Assembly (NCBI GenBank): GCA_012295275.1
Contig: CM022677.1
Location: 3,720,001-3,784,000 of the forward strand
Direction: 5' to 3'
Source of the DNA: Chrysomallon squamiferum
Taxonomy: Eukaryota > Animalia > Mollusca
DNA: 64,000 nucleotides
The notes beneath the pieces are model-generated. The model was not told the DNA's origin. It saw only the letters and a list, made by a program, of their open reading frames with translations, and ran no database searches. A program made the position numbers and the translations under genes. This document shows, in pieces, positions 1-13,770 of this stretch (positions within the stretch are counted from its first letter, which is position 1; each line of letters starts with the position of its first letter).

Positions 1-874
1 TTAATAAACAAAAACAGACATTAAGCCAAGAAAATTTGATTCCAAGAAAAACAACAACAAAACCCCCAAAACACGATTAAATATGTTTGAAACGGCACCA
101 TTTAAAAATGTGTTCATCACTGAGTACGTAGACAGTTTGATACACAAACAAACAAATAAGCTGTCAGTTATAAATTTTATTTTACACAATGATTTATTCG
201 AGTAGATTTAAAAATACAGTGTTTATCTCTCGCGTTGTTTTACAGTGTGCACTATTAAACACGGAACAAGAGTATGTTAGTACCGCATGAGTAAAAACAA
301 TTAAAAAAATTTTTTTTTTTTTACCAATGTCATAGCATAAAAAGTTGCATTAAAAATCTGTTCTTAAAAAAATAATAAAAAAAAAAAAATTTTTTTTATT
401 ATTATTTATCTCTAATAGATCAAGTCGTAAAAGTTGCATTAGCTTCATCTGTTCTTAAACAAATAATTTGTTAAGTAAATAAACATAGGTTCGCAGTTGT
501 CTCACTTTTTCGTGATACATCCTTTAGGGACGTAAAATGAACACTGGCAACACCATATCTGTCTATTAATTATATTTTAATGATTTCTCTCTCTTCCTGG
601 AGGAGAAATACATTTCCAGAATTGTCCAAATCGGAAACCGGAAAAGAAAAACCACAAACAGTGTCGCGCTTAGAAGGAGAAGAAGAAGAAGACGACAAAA
701 GAACAAGAACAAAAACAAGGAAAGGAAGAAGAAAAAATAAACTAACAAACAAATAAATAAATACAGCATATTTAAATTCAGTTACACCTTGATAACTTGA
801 CAGCTGATCTCAGTGATTGTTAACAGCTGACTTACAAAGATAACGTGTCGCGATGTGTCCCCTGTTCTCGTTCA

Positions 875-1101
875 TCATAGAGCGACAGCTGCAAATCACA
901 GAGCGACAGCTGCAAATCACAGAGCGACAGCTGCAAATCACAGAGCGACAGCTGCAAATCATAGAGCGACAGCTGCAAATCATAGAGCGACATCTGCAAA
1001 TCACAGAGCGACAGCTGCAAATCATAGAGCGACAGCTGCAAATCATAGAGCGACAGCTGCAAATCATAGAGCGACAGCTGCAAATCATAGAGCGACAGCT
1101 G
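875..1101. repeat. 21-bp minisatellite (CAAATCATAGAGCGACAGCTG), ~11 copies
   Basis: Direct tandem units are visible; they explain the QIIERQL/HRATAAN periodic ORFs. Confidence 0.95.
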
Positions 1102-1477
1102 CATGACTTCTCAGCCAAGATTTCTATTGTTCCTGTATTCATCCTAAATATAAGTGCCAACGAACCTCATGTTGGAGTCTAAAGTTTTGTTTTACAGAGC
1201 GACATACATGCAAATACATACACACGACACACACACATACAAATCATACAGCGACATACATCACACAAATCATGGACATACATACATACAAACATCATAC
1301 ATACATACAGCATACATACTGCAAATCACATAGACATACATACACGACAGCTGCATGACATTCTCAGCCAACATTTCACACATACATTGTTCCTGTATTC
1401 ATCCACATACAATATAAGTACCAACGAACCTCATGTTACAGTCATACACACAAATACATACATTGTTTTATGTTCAT

Positions 1478-1614
1478 ACATACATACATACATACATACA
1501 TACATACATACATACATACATACACATACATACATACATACATACATACATACATACATACATACATACATACATACACACACACATACATACATACATA
1601 CATACATACATACA

Positions 1615-1648
<34 letters not shown>

Positions 1649-1820
1649 CATACATACATACATATACATACATACATACATACATACATACATACATACA
1701 TACATACATACATACATACATACATACATACATACATACATACATACATACATACATACATACAGACAGACAGACAGACATACATACATACAGACAGACA
1801 GACATACATACATACATACA
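1478..1820. repeat. (CATA)n microsatellite
   Basis: Directly visible. Confidence 0.97.
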
Positions 1821-2349
1821 TATGTATATATATATATTGAGAAACTGCGGGTGGCATCTCCTAACCCTTGTCTAGGCTGCTAAATGCATTGTAATTAGAT
1901 GAGATCGAAACAGGAATAAAAGCTTGTTTTGTGTAGTATGATGACGATAGTATTATACTATCTTGTAGTAAATAATTGACCATTGCTCATCTCAGACAGT
2001 TATATCCTGGGATGTGAAGATCTGTTTCTGTTAAATTATCACTCAAAGATCGTAATGTCCGTTTAAATGCATATAGTCTGCGTTTAAACGGACGTTATAT
2101 TTATTTATTTTTTTATATAATTTTATATTTATTTATTTTTTTATATAATTTTTTTTTTTTTTTTAATTTTTTTTTTTTTTTTATTTTTTTTTATTTATTT
2201 ATTGCTTCTTGTTTTCTTATTTGTTTTCATGATATGGTTGAAAATACTTGAAACCGACACGACATCTGTTGCACGGTGCTACCTACTGTATAAATAAACA
2301 TGTTTATAAAAATAACAAATTCTCTCTGAAGAAAACCAACAAAAAATAA

Positions 2350-2444
<95 letters not shown>

Positions 2445-2776
2445 GTGCGCAATGACACAAGCGACTGGGTCTACAGAATGACAACAACAACAACAACAAC
2501 AACAACAATAATAATAATAAAAGAGAGATATGAAAAAAAAAACAAAATATATATGTAATAACAATAAATAAATAAAATTTAAAATAATAATAAGAGAACA
2601 ATGAGAATAAAAAAGAAAGCAAAAGAAAAAAGGAAACAAGGAAAATCGTGACGAGTTTAATATTCTGAATTTATGCAAAGCCATAAAGGTGAAGATGAAA
2701 ATTAAATAAAACGCTATGACGTCACAGCCATAAAATAACAACAACAACAATAATAACAAAATCAACAGTAATAATA

Positions 2777-3341
<565 letters not shown>

Positions 3342-3468
3342 AAAGACACAGACATAAACACGCAGGCAGCTACGTGTTTCATCATAATTATTATATATTT
3401 GTTACTTGATTTGATTTGATTTAATTTAATTTTTTTTTATCTTATTTATCTCCTTTTTATTTTATTTT

Positions 3469-3521
<53 letters not shown>

Positions 3522-4030
3522 TTATTTTATTTTTTTTTTTATTTTATTATTTTTCAATTTATGTTTGTTTTTTTTTTTTATTTTATTTCCATTTATTCAA
3601 GTTTATTTTATTTATTTATTTTATTTCCAATCTAGATCAAATCTAATCTTTACTTCTTTTTTTTTTTTTTTTAAATTTTTAAAATATTTTAAATTTATTT
3701 CATATTATTATTATTGTTTATTTATTGTGTTTTCATGATGTCGTTGCTGGGCAGTTGGTGTCATGTTGGAATGAAGATGAATGTTTGAATTATCATACAA
3801 CTTAAAAGTGAACCAAATATTAAAATATATCTCTGACATGAGTTCCCAAGCTTATTTCTAGCTTATTTTGGAGAAAACATTTGGTTGTTTGTATTCGTTT
3901 TTATTATTATTGTTGTTGTTGTTGTTGCTACTGTTGCGGCGGAGGTATAAATGCAGCCAACTAGTCTCTGTTTCATACGCTTTGGGAACCTACGCTCACC
4001 ACCGAAAGGCAAACAGTGAAATATAATGTT

Positions 4031-4245
4031 GTAGCTGAATCTCTCATCAACAGATTGTATGGCCATGTCTAAAACTGCAAAGTAAAAACTTACTTTGCAT
4101 TTCTCTTTTGGATTTTGTGATGCCTCTTCTAGGGCCTCATATTCAAACTTCTCCTTGTTCTAATTTGATCTCTTTCAAAGTGTCGTACTATCTCTAGTTC
4201 ATTCGCAATTTCAGTAAAATCTGCCAAGAAATCCCTCTTCAGACA
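4031..4245 (-). mobile_element. hAT-superfamily transposase fragment (ZMYM1-like), frameshifted relic
   Basis: Manual translation SEEGFLADFTEIANELEIVRHFERDQIRTRR /fs/ KFEYEALEEASQNPKEKCKVSFYFAVLDMAIQSVDERFS resembles the ZMYM1-like hAT segment (R..KKQFDYE..DEP..DPKEKFKVEF...ILD.AI.S..ERF); recognised from memory, no search run. Confidence 0.75.
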
Positions 4246-4438
4246 AATCACAAACATAGCAAGAAAACTTTTTAAAAAATTAAAAAAAATAAAGAGAAGA
4301 AAAATAAGAGTTCTTACTATTATTGTTTATTTACTCATTCATTCAGTTAGATAGTTAACAAATTATTATTATTAACTAAATTTGCAAAAAACAAACAACC
4401 CAAAACAACCTTACAAAACTAAATAAATAAATAATGAA

Positions 4439-4470
<32 letters not shown>

Positions 4471-4620
4471 GAATTAAGAAACAAACAAATAAATAAACAC
4501 AGTATATTTAAAATGAGCTATACAATAGAATCTGGATAACTTGAGCGCTAATATGAATCATTCTTAACACAGTAACAGCTCACTTATAAAGATACACTGT
4601 CGTGTCGCGTTCAGTCACAC

Positions 4621-5290
4621 GGGTGACAAATTACACAGTGGTGCTGCAACATTTGTCGTCCGGGTGACAAATTACACAGTGATGCCTGCAACATTTCTCG
4701 TCCGGGTGACAAATTACACAGTGATGCTGCAACATTTCTCGTTCGGGTGACAAATTACACAGTGATGCTGCAACATTTCTCGTTCGGGTGACAAATTACA
4801 CAGTGATGCTGCAACATTTCTCGTTCGGGTGACAAATTACACAGTGATGCTGCAACATTTCTCGTCCGGGTGACAAATTACACAGTGGTGCTGCAACATT
4901 TCTCGTTCGGGTGACAAATTACACAGTGATGCTGCAACATTTCTCGTTCGGGTGACAAATTACACAGTGGTGCTGCAACATTTCTCGTTCGGGTGACAAA
5001 TTACACAGTGATGCTGCAACATTTCTCGTTCGGGTGACAAATTACACAGTGATGCTGCAACATTTCTCGTTCGGGTGACAAATTACACAGTGGTGCTGCA
5101 ACATTTCTCGTTCGGGTGACAAATTACACAGTGGTGCTGCAACATTTCTCGTTCGGGTGACAAATTACACAGTGGTGCTGCAACATTTCTCGTTCGGGTG
5201 ACAAATTACACAGTGATGCTGCAACATTTCTCGTCCGGGTGACAAATTACACAGTGGTGCTGCAACATTTCTCGTTCAGGTGACAAATCA
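4621..5290. repeat. 41-bp minisatellite (GGGTGACAAATTACACAGTGRTGCTGCAACATTTCTCGTYC), ~16 copies
   Basis: Direct tandem units visible. Confidence 0.95.
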
Positions 5291-6341
5291 TAAAGAGACA
5301 TCTGAATGATTTCTCAACGAAGATTTCCGTACGGCGTTTCATCGAGACTGTGAGACACGTTACGACATCAACGAGAAATGCCTAAGTATGTAGAGTGACT
5401 TCGACAACTTGAACGAAAACTGTGCCAGTTCTTTCATGTCTCCAATAACAATGACAACCCAATGTTTGAACAAAAGATCCTGCTTCAGCGTTATACAGCC
5501 GGAGTTTTCCTTCGCGAACACATTTTGATTAATAAATTGAACTGCATTCTAAACGGAAATTCATTTCACAATATGGACGACGGCAACATCATTGATGCGA
5601 AAAATTATTTTCGAGATGTAGGAACATTGTGTACATATAGATTGACAGGAAAAAATAAGATTAAGAATAGTCAAATCTGAATTATTTCTATTTTCGTAGA
5701 TGATAAAATTTAAGTGGTGGATCCGACAAGAAATAAATGAAATAAGTAGAAGGAATGTGTTAATGTGATATAAATATACAAGTACCGCAAATTTCATTCA
5801 CTGCTACATGTCACATGTATGTGATCACTAAAGCTGTATTATAACATGTAGGAAAATAAAATATGGGACGTTTAATAGTTAAGTCAAGTTTTACAAGATA
5901 GTTTACGTGTTACGTTCAAACTGCCACAGTGAATTAAGAAACACACGTGAATCACAAATTTCTAGGTGTTATCTTTATTACCAGATAATGAATTACAGGT
6001 GAAAACTAAACATTTTAGAATTTTCAAAGCAGATATTACACTGATCACTTCAATTAACGGTGCTATTTGGTGTGTGATCTTCGCGCTTATTTTAATTATT
6101 ATTTTGTTTTTCTTATTCTTACTTTTCACGGCATAAATTTAAATTGAGGATTTAAATTGGATTCTGGCTATTCTCGGAATGAATAAAAAATCGAATATTA
6201 ATCAGAAATGAAGTTTGCTTGGATGTGATGTATGATGCATTAATCTTTAAAGATATTAAGCTCTTCCTTATATTATAGAAATTTCCTTTTGGCTGTAGAT
6301 CGCCCTTTAATTTGTAGATCACATGCCAATGTAACTCACAG

Positions 6342-6387
<46 letters not shown>

Positions 6388-7519
6388 TTGCAATCTTAAT
6401 TTCTACACGTTAAATATGTGAAGAAAATGATTGCACTGAACAAAAATGACTGCATTTTACTAATTTTGCTCAGAGCGTTGTTTATAAAGCTGCAATTAAT
6501 GCTATTGTTTCAATAACTTTGAAAGAAATTAGTTACCATTTTTTAATGGACGATTTTTCAGATGATTTATTTAAAAATTTAAATTTAAATTTCTTCATAT
6601 CTTATGAACAAATATTTCTGATCAATATGAAATAATTTTGTTTCAAATCAAACCAGTCCGTATAGAATATCTTGCCTCCTCTTTAAAATATATTTTCATA
6701 AATATTTCTGTAACTGCGTACTCTTTCATTTAACAGTTACAGCTATTAAAACAAAATTATGTATAAGCATTAAATATAAATATTCTTCAGAATATTTTCG
6801 TATATAAATTTTGTACAGAAATAATAAACTCAAATAGTAATATATTATCAGAAAATCAGTAAAAAAAAAAAAAAAAAAAAAATAAGTAAATAAATAAACG
6901 AATACATAAATAAAGAAAAAAATGAAGAAAATTAAATATTAAATAAATATATTTTAAACATTTCATATATGTTTTTGTTGTTTAGTCACGCTTAAGCAGA
7001 AGAAATAAAAACAACAACAAAACAAACGACATACACAGAAAACAAGAAAAATGAAACCACACCAAACAATAACACCTTTAACGAAACAATAATCTGTGAT
7101 TTTATTGTTGTTGTTGCTAACACAGAGCAAACCATTTCACTTCTCCACTAGCTACACAAGATCATTTATTATACATCTTTCATTTAACAGTAATGCACGT
7201 ACTGGTGCTAGAGCCCATCATAACTCATTCTGATTTGAAATACATGGTCTGTTTTCCATTAGTCACATCAAGTGTGTAGCAAAACAATAATCCTGAAAAT
7301 GTTAGTTTTAGCTTTTCACTCATTAACAACAAATATGTAAATGATAATGAAAAAGTCTTGTTTAATTACTTTGTTTCAAAACTTAAATAAATTATAAAAG
7401 TTGTCATACGAGTTTTTCTGTTTATGACAACGTCTCAAAAATCTGTTACAGTCATTAACAGTAATTATGTAGTGGTTAAAACAGGGTTCAGTTTTTATTT
7501 CATCATTTAAAATGAGATA

Positions 7520-7615
<96 letters not shown>

Positions 7616-8412
7616 GAATTTATTAAATATAATTTATGATACTAATAAATATAAATTTTCAATCTCTTCAAATAGTTTAAAATGTTATAACCGTATATGC
7701 AAAGAACAATTGTAAAATTACTGTTACATTTAAAGAAAATTTTAAATTCTGAACAATATTCATTTTAAATAACAAACAGTTATAAAAATATATAGATTAC
7801 GGTCTGAATTTCAAAACTTTTATATATAATTTATTTATAGATTTTAGAAAATTTCATTAGATCTTATTTGTTGTCCACTATTTAAAAATATTAAAGACTG
7901 AGTAATCAAATTTTCTATATACACAGATAATTTAATATAATAAACTCTTAACAAATGTATAAATGATAAAACAGTTTTATATATATTTACATGTATGTAT
8001 TATGTGTGCATATGTGCATGTCTATGAGTATGCATGTATGCATGTATGTATATGTGTATGTGTACTAAAATACTATGTAATATACAAAAATTAATGTGAC
8101 AGATAATTAAAAGAAAACAACTACATTAAACATTAAATATATGAATAATTTGTTTCCTGAAAACTGATAACATCAAAACAAACTATTCACCTAGATACAA
8201 TATAACACAATGAGTTATTACTCCACAAACACCCTTAATTTCTTATTGAATTGATGCAATCCTATGACAGGATGAAGTAACTTTCTAATACCAAAATCAC
8301 TGTACTCTTGTTTTCAGTGACTCAAATCAATTTAGAGGTCAAATGTTGATTACAGGTGTACAACATGTAATTATCAAACTAAACTGTATTTAGGTGATTA
8401 GATGTCAAAACA

Positions 8413-8880
8413 CTGTCACATTAGTACATCTTCAAGTCAGTTGTCAACATCTAATTATCACTAACTAAATCTGTCACATTAGTACATCTTCAAGTCAGTT
8501 GTCAACATCTAATTATCACTAACTAAATCTGTCACATTAGTCAAATCTAATTATCATAATTATCACTAAATCTGTCACATTAGTACATCTTCAAGTCAGT
8601 TGTCAATTATCATTAACTAAAACTCATCAACATTACACTAACTAAATCTGTCACATTAGTACATCTTCAAGTACATCTTCAAGTCAGTTGTCAACATCTA
8701 ATTATCACTAACTAAATCTGTCACATTAGTACATCTTCAAGTCAGTTGTCAACATCTAATTATCAGTAACTAAAACTCATTTCAAGAAGAATTATCACTA
8801 ACTAAATCTGTCACATTAGTACATCTTCAAGTCAGTTGTCAACATCTAATTATCAGTAACTAAAACTCATTTCTAGAAGA
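8413..8880. repeat. ~58-bp imperfect tandem repeat (CTGTCACATTAGTACATCTTCAAGTCAGTTGTCAACATCTAATTATCACTAACTAAAT), ~8 copies
   Basis: Units start at 8413, 8471, 8529 etc.; some are scrambled. Confidence 0.9.
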
Positions 8881-9949
8881 ATTCTTCTTTTTATGATATC
8901 ACTTCACATTTCTGTTTTGAGCAGTGCACTTTTAACACCTTTTACCTGACAGAAATGAAGCTTGTATACATCAACATTATTTATTTTGATATTATTGACA
9001 AAATGCTTGGCTCATTTTTATTTACTGTGTTTTACTGGAAAAAACAGCAGCAGAAAGTGCTGAGAAATCTGTTGTAATTTACTGATTTTCTTATGATACG
9101 TTGTGTTGATAAGCTCACTTTTCACAGGAATTCTTCAATGTCAGGATGTTTTCATTCTTGAACTCTAGATGACTTAAGTATGATTACACTTAGCCTGTTT
9201 TGGAGTTTTCTAATTTTTGATTTATTTAGTTCATATATGCATTGTGTAGCTATAAAATGTAAATAATACATAATTTTCAATACATTAGATAATACAGTAA
9301 CAGAAGCTGATAAATATATTAGCATTCATTACAATCTTTTCTACACAATAAATATATATAACATAGTTAAAGGTTCATGATAAAAAGCCAGATTCTGTAA
9401 ATAATACAGAAAACCCCTCACCATAAATAGATTAATCAGAATATAAAAAAATCAGATAACTAACTACACAGACTCGGATTTTGTCTGAAAACTTAAAATA
9501 AGAAAAAAATAATTACTTTAATCTTTAAGAGTTGTAAAAACAATTTTGTTATAATTATTTCTCACTTAAGTGAAATTATTTACATGATAAATTATGCTAA
9601 GTATAAAGTATTTTATTAAACAAATTAAACTATTTTCTCTTGTTGTTATAAAATTAAAGTTTAACTAATGAAAAATCTGACGCAAAAAGAGGTCAGATGA
9701 TAAAGTTAAGAAACATCAGTGGTTGTAATGGAAGGAAAAAGAAATAGCTGAATAAAATATTAATTAATTATACTTTCCCACAATATTATTATGAACATCC
9801 TAAAACTGTTGAAAAATAAAAATAACAAATAATAAAATATACCCATTACATTGCTTTGGAAACAATAACATACTGTCACAAGCAAATAATCAAAACTGTG
9901 TTAAGTACAAACCACAAATCCAGTAAATATCAGTGTGTAGTCAACTGTG

Positions 9950-10067
9950 CTAAAAGGTTCCAGTGAGCTGCTTGTACTTTGGATCTTTAACACTTTCTTC
10001 AGTGATTCCAAGGGCTGACAGTTCTTCTTGCACACGATCAAGATAGCCAGGACCTGGATAACCAAAA
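9950..10067 (-). CDS. DTX3: Deltex E3 ubiquitin ligase (DTX3/DTX3L-like), terminal exon, end of DTC domain
   Basis: (N)FGYPGPGYLDRVQEELSALGITEESVKDPKYKQLTGTF* matches Deltex C-terminus FGYPDPxYLxRVQEELxAxGI; canonical AG acceptor, phase 2. Confidence 0.92.
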
Positions 10068-10375
10068 CTGTCAGAGAAACAATTCATTAATATCATATAA
10101 ATACACAGAACTGTATGATAAAACTTTGTGAGAGAAAACAAATCATTGTTAATATGAAAACTAAACTTTATTCATGTTGCTTTAGAAATTATTTATTCTA
10201 AAGAAGCAACACTTTTAAAACAAAGAAAATCATTTTTAAGATCTTCAGTTGAGATATTTTTTTCTGAAATGTTAAAAGTAAAGAACCACATTCAGACGGG
10301 ATCGTAAACTTAGTAAGCTTCAGCTGATTTATTATTACAAACATTACTACTAAGATTGTTTGTACGAGAACCTAC

Positions 10376-10593
10376 TTGTCTGGGCCTCCTAACACGTTTG
10401 TTTTGTGATGAATGTCATTCCAAGTTATGACGCCATCACATCCAGTTGTTACTGATCTTCCAATAGTAAATGTCAGTCTTCGTTCCCAAGCAACACGTAA
10501 CATGGCAAGTACTTTGCGACCATTTGGTGTGTCTGGTAAATATGCAGGATATGTAATATCATCATACCTCTGTCCTGCATTAGGATGTTCTTT
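10376..10593 (-). CDS. DTX3: Deltex E3 ligase, internal exon, DTC domain
   Basis: KEHPNAGQRYDDITYPAYLPDTPNGRKVLAMLRVAWERRLTFTIGRSVTTGCDGVITWNDIHHKTNVLGGPD; hallmark AYLPD, FTIG.S.TTG, ITWNDIHHKT; AG/GT sites, phase 0 to 2. Confidence 0.95.
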
Positions 10594-11317
10594 CTGAAAA
10601 ACAGTTTATATAAAACAGTTGTAGAAACAAACTGTAGAAAAACATGAAGATCTGCAATAAATTTTATATTGTTATTAGTATTTAAATATATAAAATAAAG
10701 CATTACAACAGTGCTGATTAAATATAAATTTAGAACAGAGAGAGATTTAAAATCAGGCAACTCTGCCAGAGAGGCTTCCAAACATAGCAAATAAAACAAT
10801 AATTATAATTTTTTTTTTTATTAAAAACCATATGTGCTAATATAAATAATATCTTATATTGCAGTATATGTATGTATATATATATAAAGGCCAACAGAAT
10901 GAAAATTTGATATTGATAAAAAAAAAAAATAAATAAAAAAAGAGTTAAAACAAAGAAATTTCAGTCTGTGTATTTAAGAAAGTTGGGTTACTTATAAAAC
11001 TCAGTAATAATGGTTAGTTTTTCAGAAGAATGATGTTGTAAAATCCACTATTTATATTATCATACACCAAATGGAACATTTAATTAAATTGTATAATGTC
11101 AGTAATGTGCCTACATTCTTATTTTTTTTTATATGCTTTAGAAATGTATTAATCTGTATCAGTTAAATCACTGATTCCATTTAATTGTTTATTCTACACT
11201 TGAAGAAAACATAATTGCATATCACATCCAGTATTTGAAAACAAGAGAACGCCTCTGTATCTGTATTTAGAAAGACATCTCACTGAAATAGCTGTAGAAA
11301 CATTGCAGAGTACTTAC

Positions 11318-11554
11318 AGTTTGCCTTCACGAGTAAGTGATATGATAAAATCCACATTCTTCATATCCAGGAAGTCCCCATTTATCATAAGCAACACGCA
11401 TTGTTCCTCCTGTAGGCATGTTACCAGTGAGAACACCACACAACATTGCACAGACAGGACAAACAGGTTTGTAGTTCATTTGTGTAGCAATACAACCTTT
11501 ACAAAAACTGTGGCCACATTTCTCCAGTTTCAGAGGATTTACTAAATGTTTTGA
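11318..11554 (-). CDS. DTX3: Deltex E3 ligase, partial RING-HC + start of DTC domain (5'-truncated, in-frame TGA at 11327-11329)
   Basis: LVNPLKLEKCGHSFCKGCIATQMNYKPVCPVCAMLCGVLTGNMPTGGTMRVAYDKWGLPGYEECGFYHITYS*RQT then GTAAGT donor; C-x-H-x2-C-x2-C...C-x2-C is RING-HC as in DTX3/DTX3L; first CxxC and acceptor are missing. Confidence 0.85.
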
Positions 11555-13271
11555 GTAGTGTTTTTCTTTTCTTACTTACTGTCACATTCACTGAATTTTT
11601 TTACAACTCTGATTTTATTTTTATTATCATCATCATTATTTTCATTTTTATCATTATTATTATTGTTATGTTTTACTTTATTACTATTTTTATTATTTAA
11701 TATTATTAGATATGCTAAATTTTAATAAGATGTGACTTTTTATTTTACCTTAGTTTTGTTTGTTTGTAATTACATTCTTGATAATACAGAATTTTGCCAT
11801 AAAATTCTCAGTCTGATGAGAAATGGTAGTTTGAAAGGTTGTTATGTTTTATTTTCTTTGTTTAAAATTCATTTGTTTGCTTTCTAATTTGATTGAAAAT
11901 TTTGTCTATTATATGTTCAAGATGGCATTTTTAAAATATATTAATTTTACTTTATTCGTTGATACTAGGCTGTGTGAATAATTTACTTTATAAAGCTGTT
12001 TTAATGTTTTTAAGATGTATCTTTGACAATACATGAGTAAAATATGGATGGCATCCATATTGTTTGAAAACTTTTGACCAGCATTATATCAGCTAATTAT
12101 GTCTAGTGAATATTCAATACTATATGCATTTCTTGGTTCCTTACTTTTTTTTTTTGTAAATTTTTTATTTTCTTATCTGGAATGTGAAATAGTATTTTAT
12201 TAAAATTTTTACTTATCTGGAATGTGATAAAAGTGCTTGTTCATATTCTGTGAACTCTGAATTTACCTCTGTGTGTCTGTGCATTAGATGTGCATGTGTT
12301 GGTGAGGCAGGGTGTGTCTGCATGTGTAAACAACTTACATACAGATGTCATTAACAGTCAGTACTTAAATATTTAATAATTTTATTTTATTATTATTATT
12401 ATTATTTATTATTATTATTATTATAAACTTCTTGTTTTCTTGAAAGTTCTCTTTTTTAATGATAAATGTTTGCAATATTTGGGTTACAGCAGTTTTGAAA
12501 TCAACATTAAAAGTCTTCATATATAAATGTTAATTCTGTTACCGAATTATTCTGAGTAACAAATATCAATGTTTTAAACAGAACATGTTGATTTGGTGGG
12601 GGTTTTATTCTGTTTTCTTTTCTTTTTTTTTCCTATGTCAAAAAAAATGTTTTAAAATATAATAAATATGTGTAATACATAAGATTAATTAAGTTGTAAT
12701 TTAAGAACTTAATTAATGTTTCATTTAATAAAATAATGTTAAAATAATGTTTTTGGTATAAAATAAGCCTAAAATAATTTATTGTAAATTTCTAGCAATA
12801 TTTCGTTTATGTTATTTTTCTCTTTTAAATGAAAATATTTAAATTGATTTAACAATTTTTTTTCCCTTTTCATATTCTTTTCTTGTTCCATTTCAGTCAT
12901 TTTTATTTTAAATTAACATATATTTTTGTCCATCTTTCAACTGTTTAAACATGGTTGTGAAATACGCACATGAATGCTCAGTAATAATTTTCAGTATTTT
13001 TTATTTGTTCTTCTCATTTTTGCATCAAGGTATGATGTTAAGTTTTGTATGGGAAAAATTTTTTTTTTTTTTTTAATGTATTTTCATTTGTGTTTTTGTT
13101 AAAAATAAATGATTAGAGAAAATATTTGTGTTGTTGTTTTTTCTCTTGTTGTCTCAATATTTCATAGTGTATATTTTAGAATGTTTCCTGTTACAGCTAA
13201 TATCTTCATTTATCAAAAACTATGTTGTTTTACCAGCCACTGGAAATATTAATGTGAGATACTTTTCTAGG

Positions 13272-13770
13272 AGTTCTATGAGCAATCGACTACCATAGCA
13301 TACATGTTTGTCATCCTGCATCAGTATGCACCTTAGCCCTTTGAGACTTGCATCTGACTGGATCACATCTTGTTTTCATCATAATATGCCAGTACCAGAG
13401 ACTCTGTCGTGTCATCATTTACCACTTCAAAGTCTTTCTGATGTTCTGGCTGCCATAAGAAACAAAGTGTCTTTCTTCATTAATTTACAAAATGTTTCTG
13501 AGGCTCGAAGGATTCTAGTTCTTTGAGCTTTTACAGGTTTCCAACCCTGCCCAGGAGCTTGCGAGTAATTTCTCATCTTCGCTGGACATTCCACAACTAA
13601 CGAAAAGTTCAACACCTTGTTCACCTGCCCAGTAAATGAGGTATTTAACGTCTTTGTCTATACAGAAAATTGGACCTGCAAACAACAGCTCACATCCATG
13701 TTGATGTAAATCTGGTCATCCATATCCCAGTTCATGCCCGGCCCTTGTCTGACAATCAAATCATTTCCCA
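13272..13770 (-). mobile_element. Ty3/Gypsy LTR-retrotransposon relic: gag N-terminus joined directly to RT-connection/RNase H
   Basis: gag-like PGMNWD...CELLFAGP...VKYLIYWAGEQGVELFVSCGMSSEDEKLL (~13515-13765); pol-like KLMKKDTLF/WQPEHQKDFE...VLAYYDENK/VIQSDASLKGLRCILMQDDKHVCYGSRLL (~13272-13495), cf. gypsy VLAYYD...DAS..GLGA.L.Q...PVAYASR; frameshifts and stops. Confidence 0.8.

Noticed and set aside
566-660. Possible minus-strand terminal exon (VSDLDNSGNVFLLQEEREIIKI*)
   Set aside because: No AG acceptor (reads CCG), short, no recognisable family
11327-11329. Selenocysteine reading of the Deltex TGA
   Set aside because: Position is not a Cys in Deltex proteins, the segment is shorter than homologues, the homologous residues appear in a shifted frame, and no SECIS was recognised
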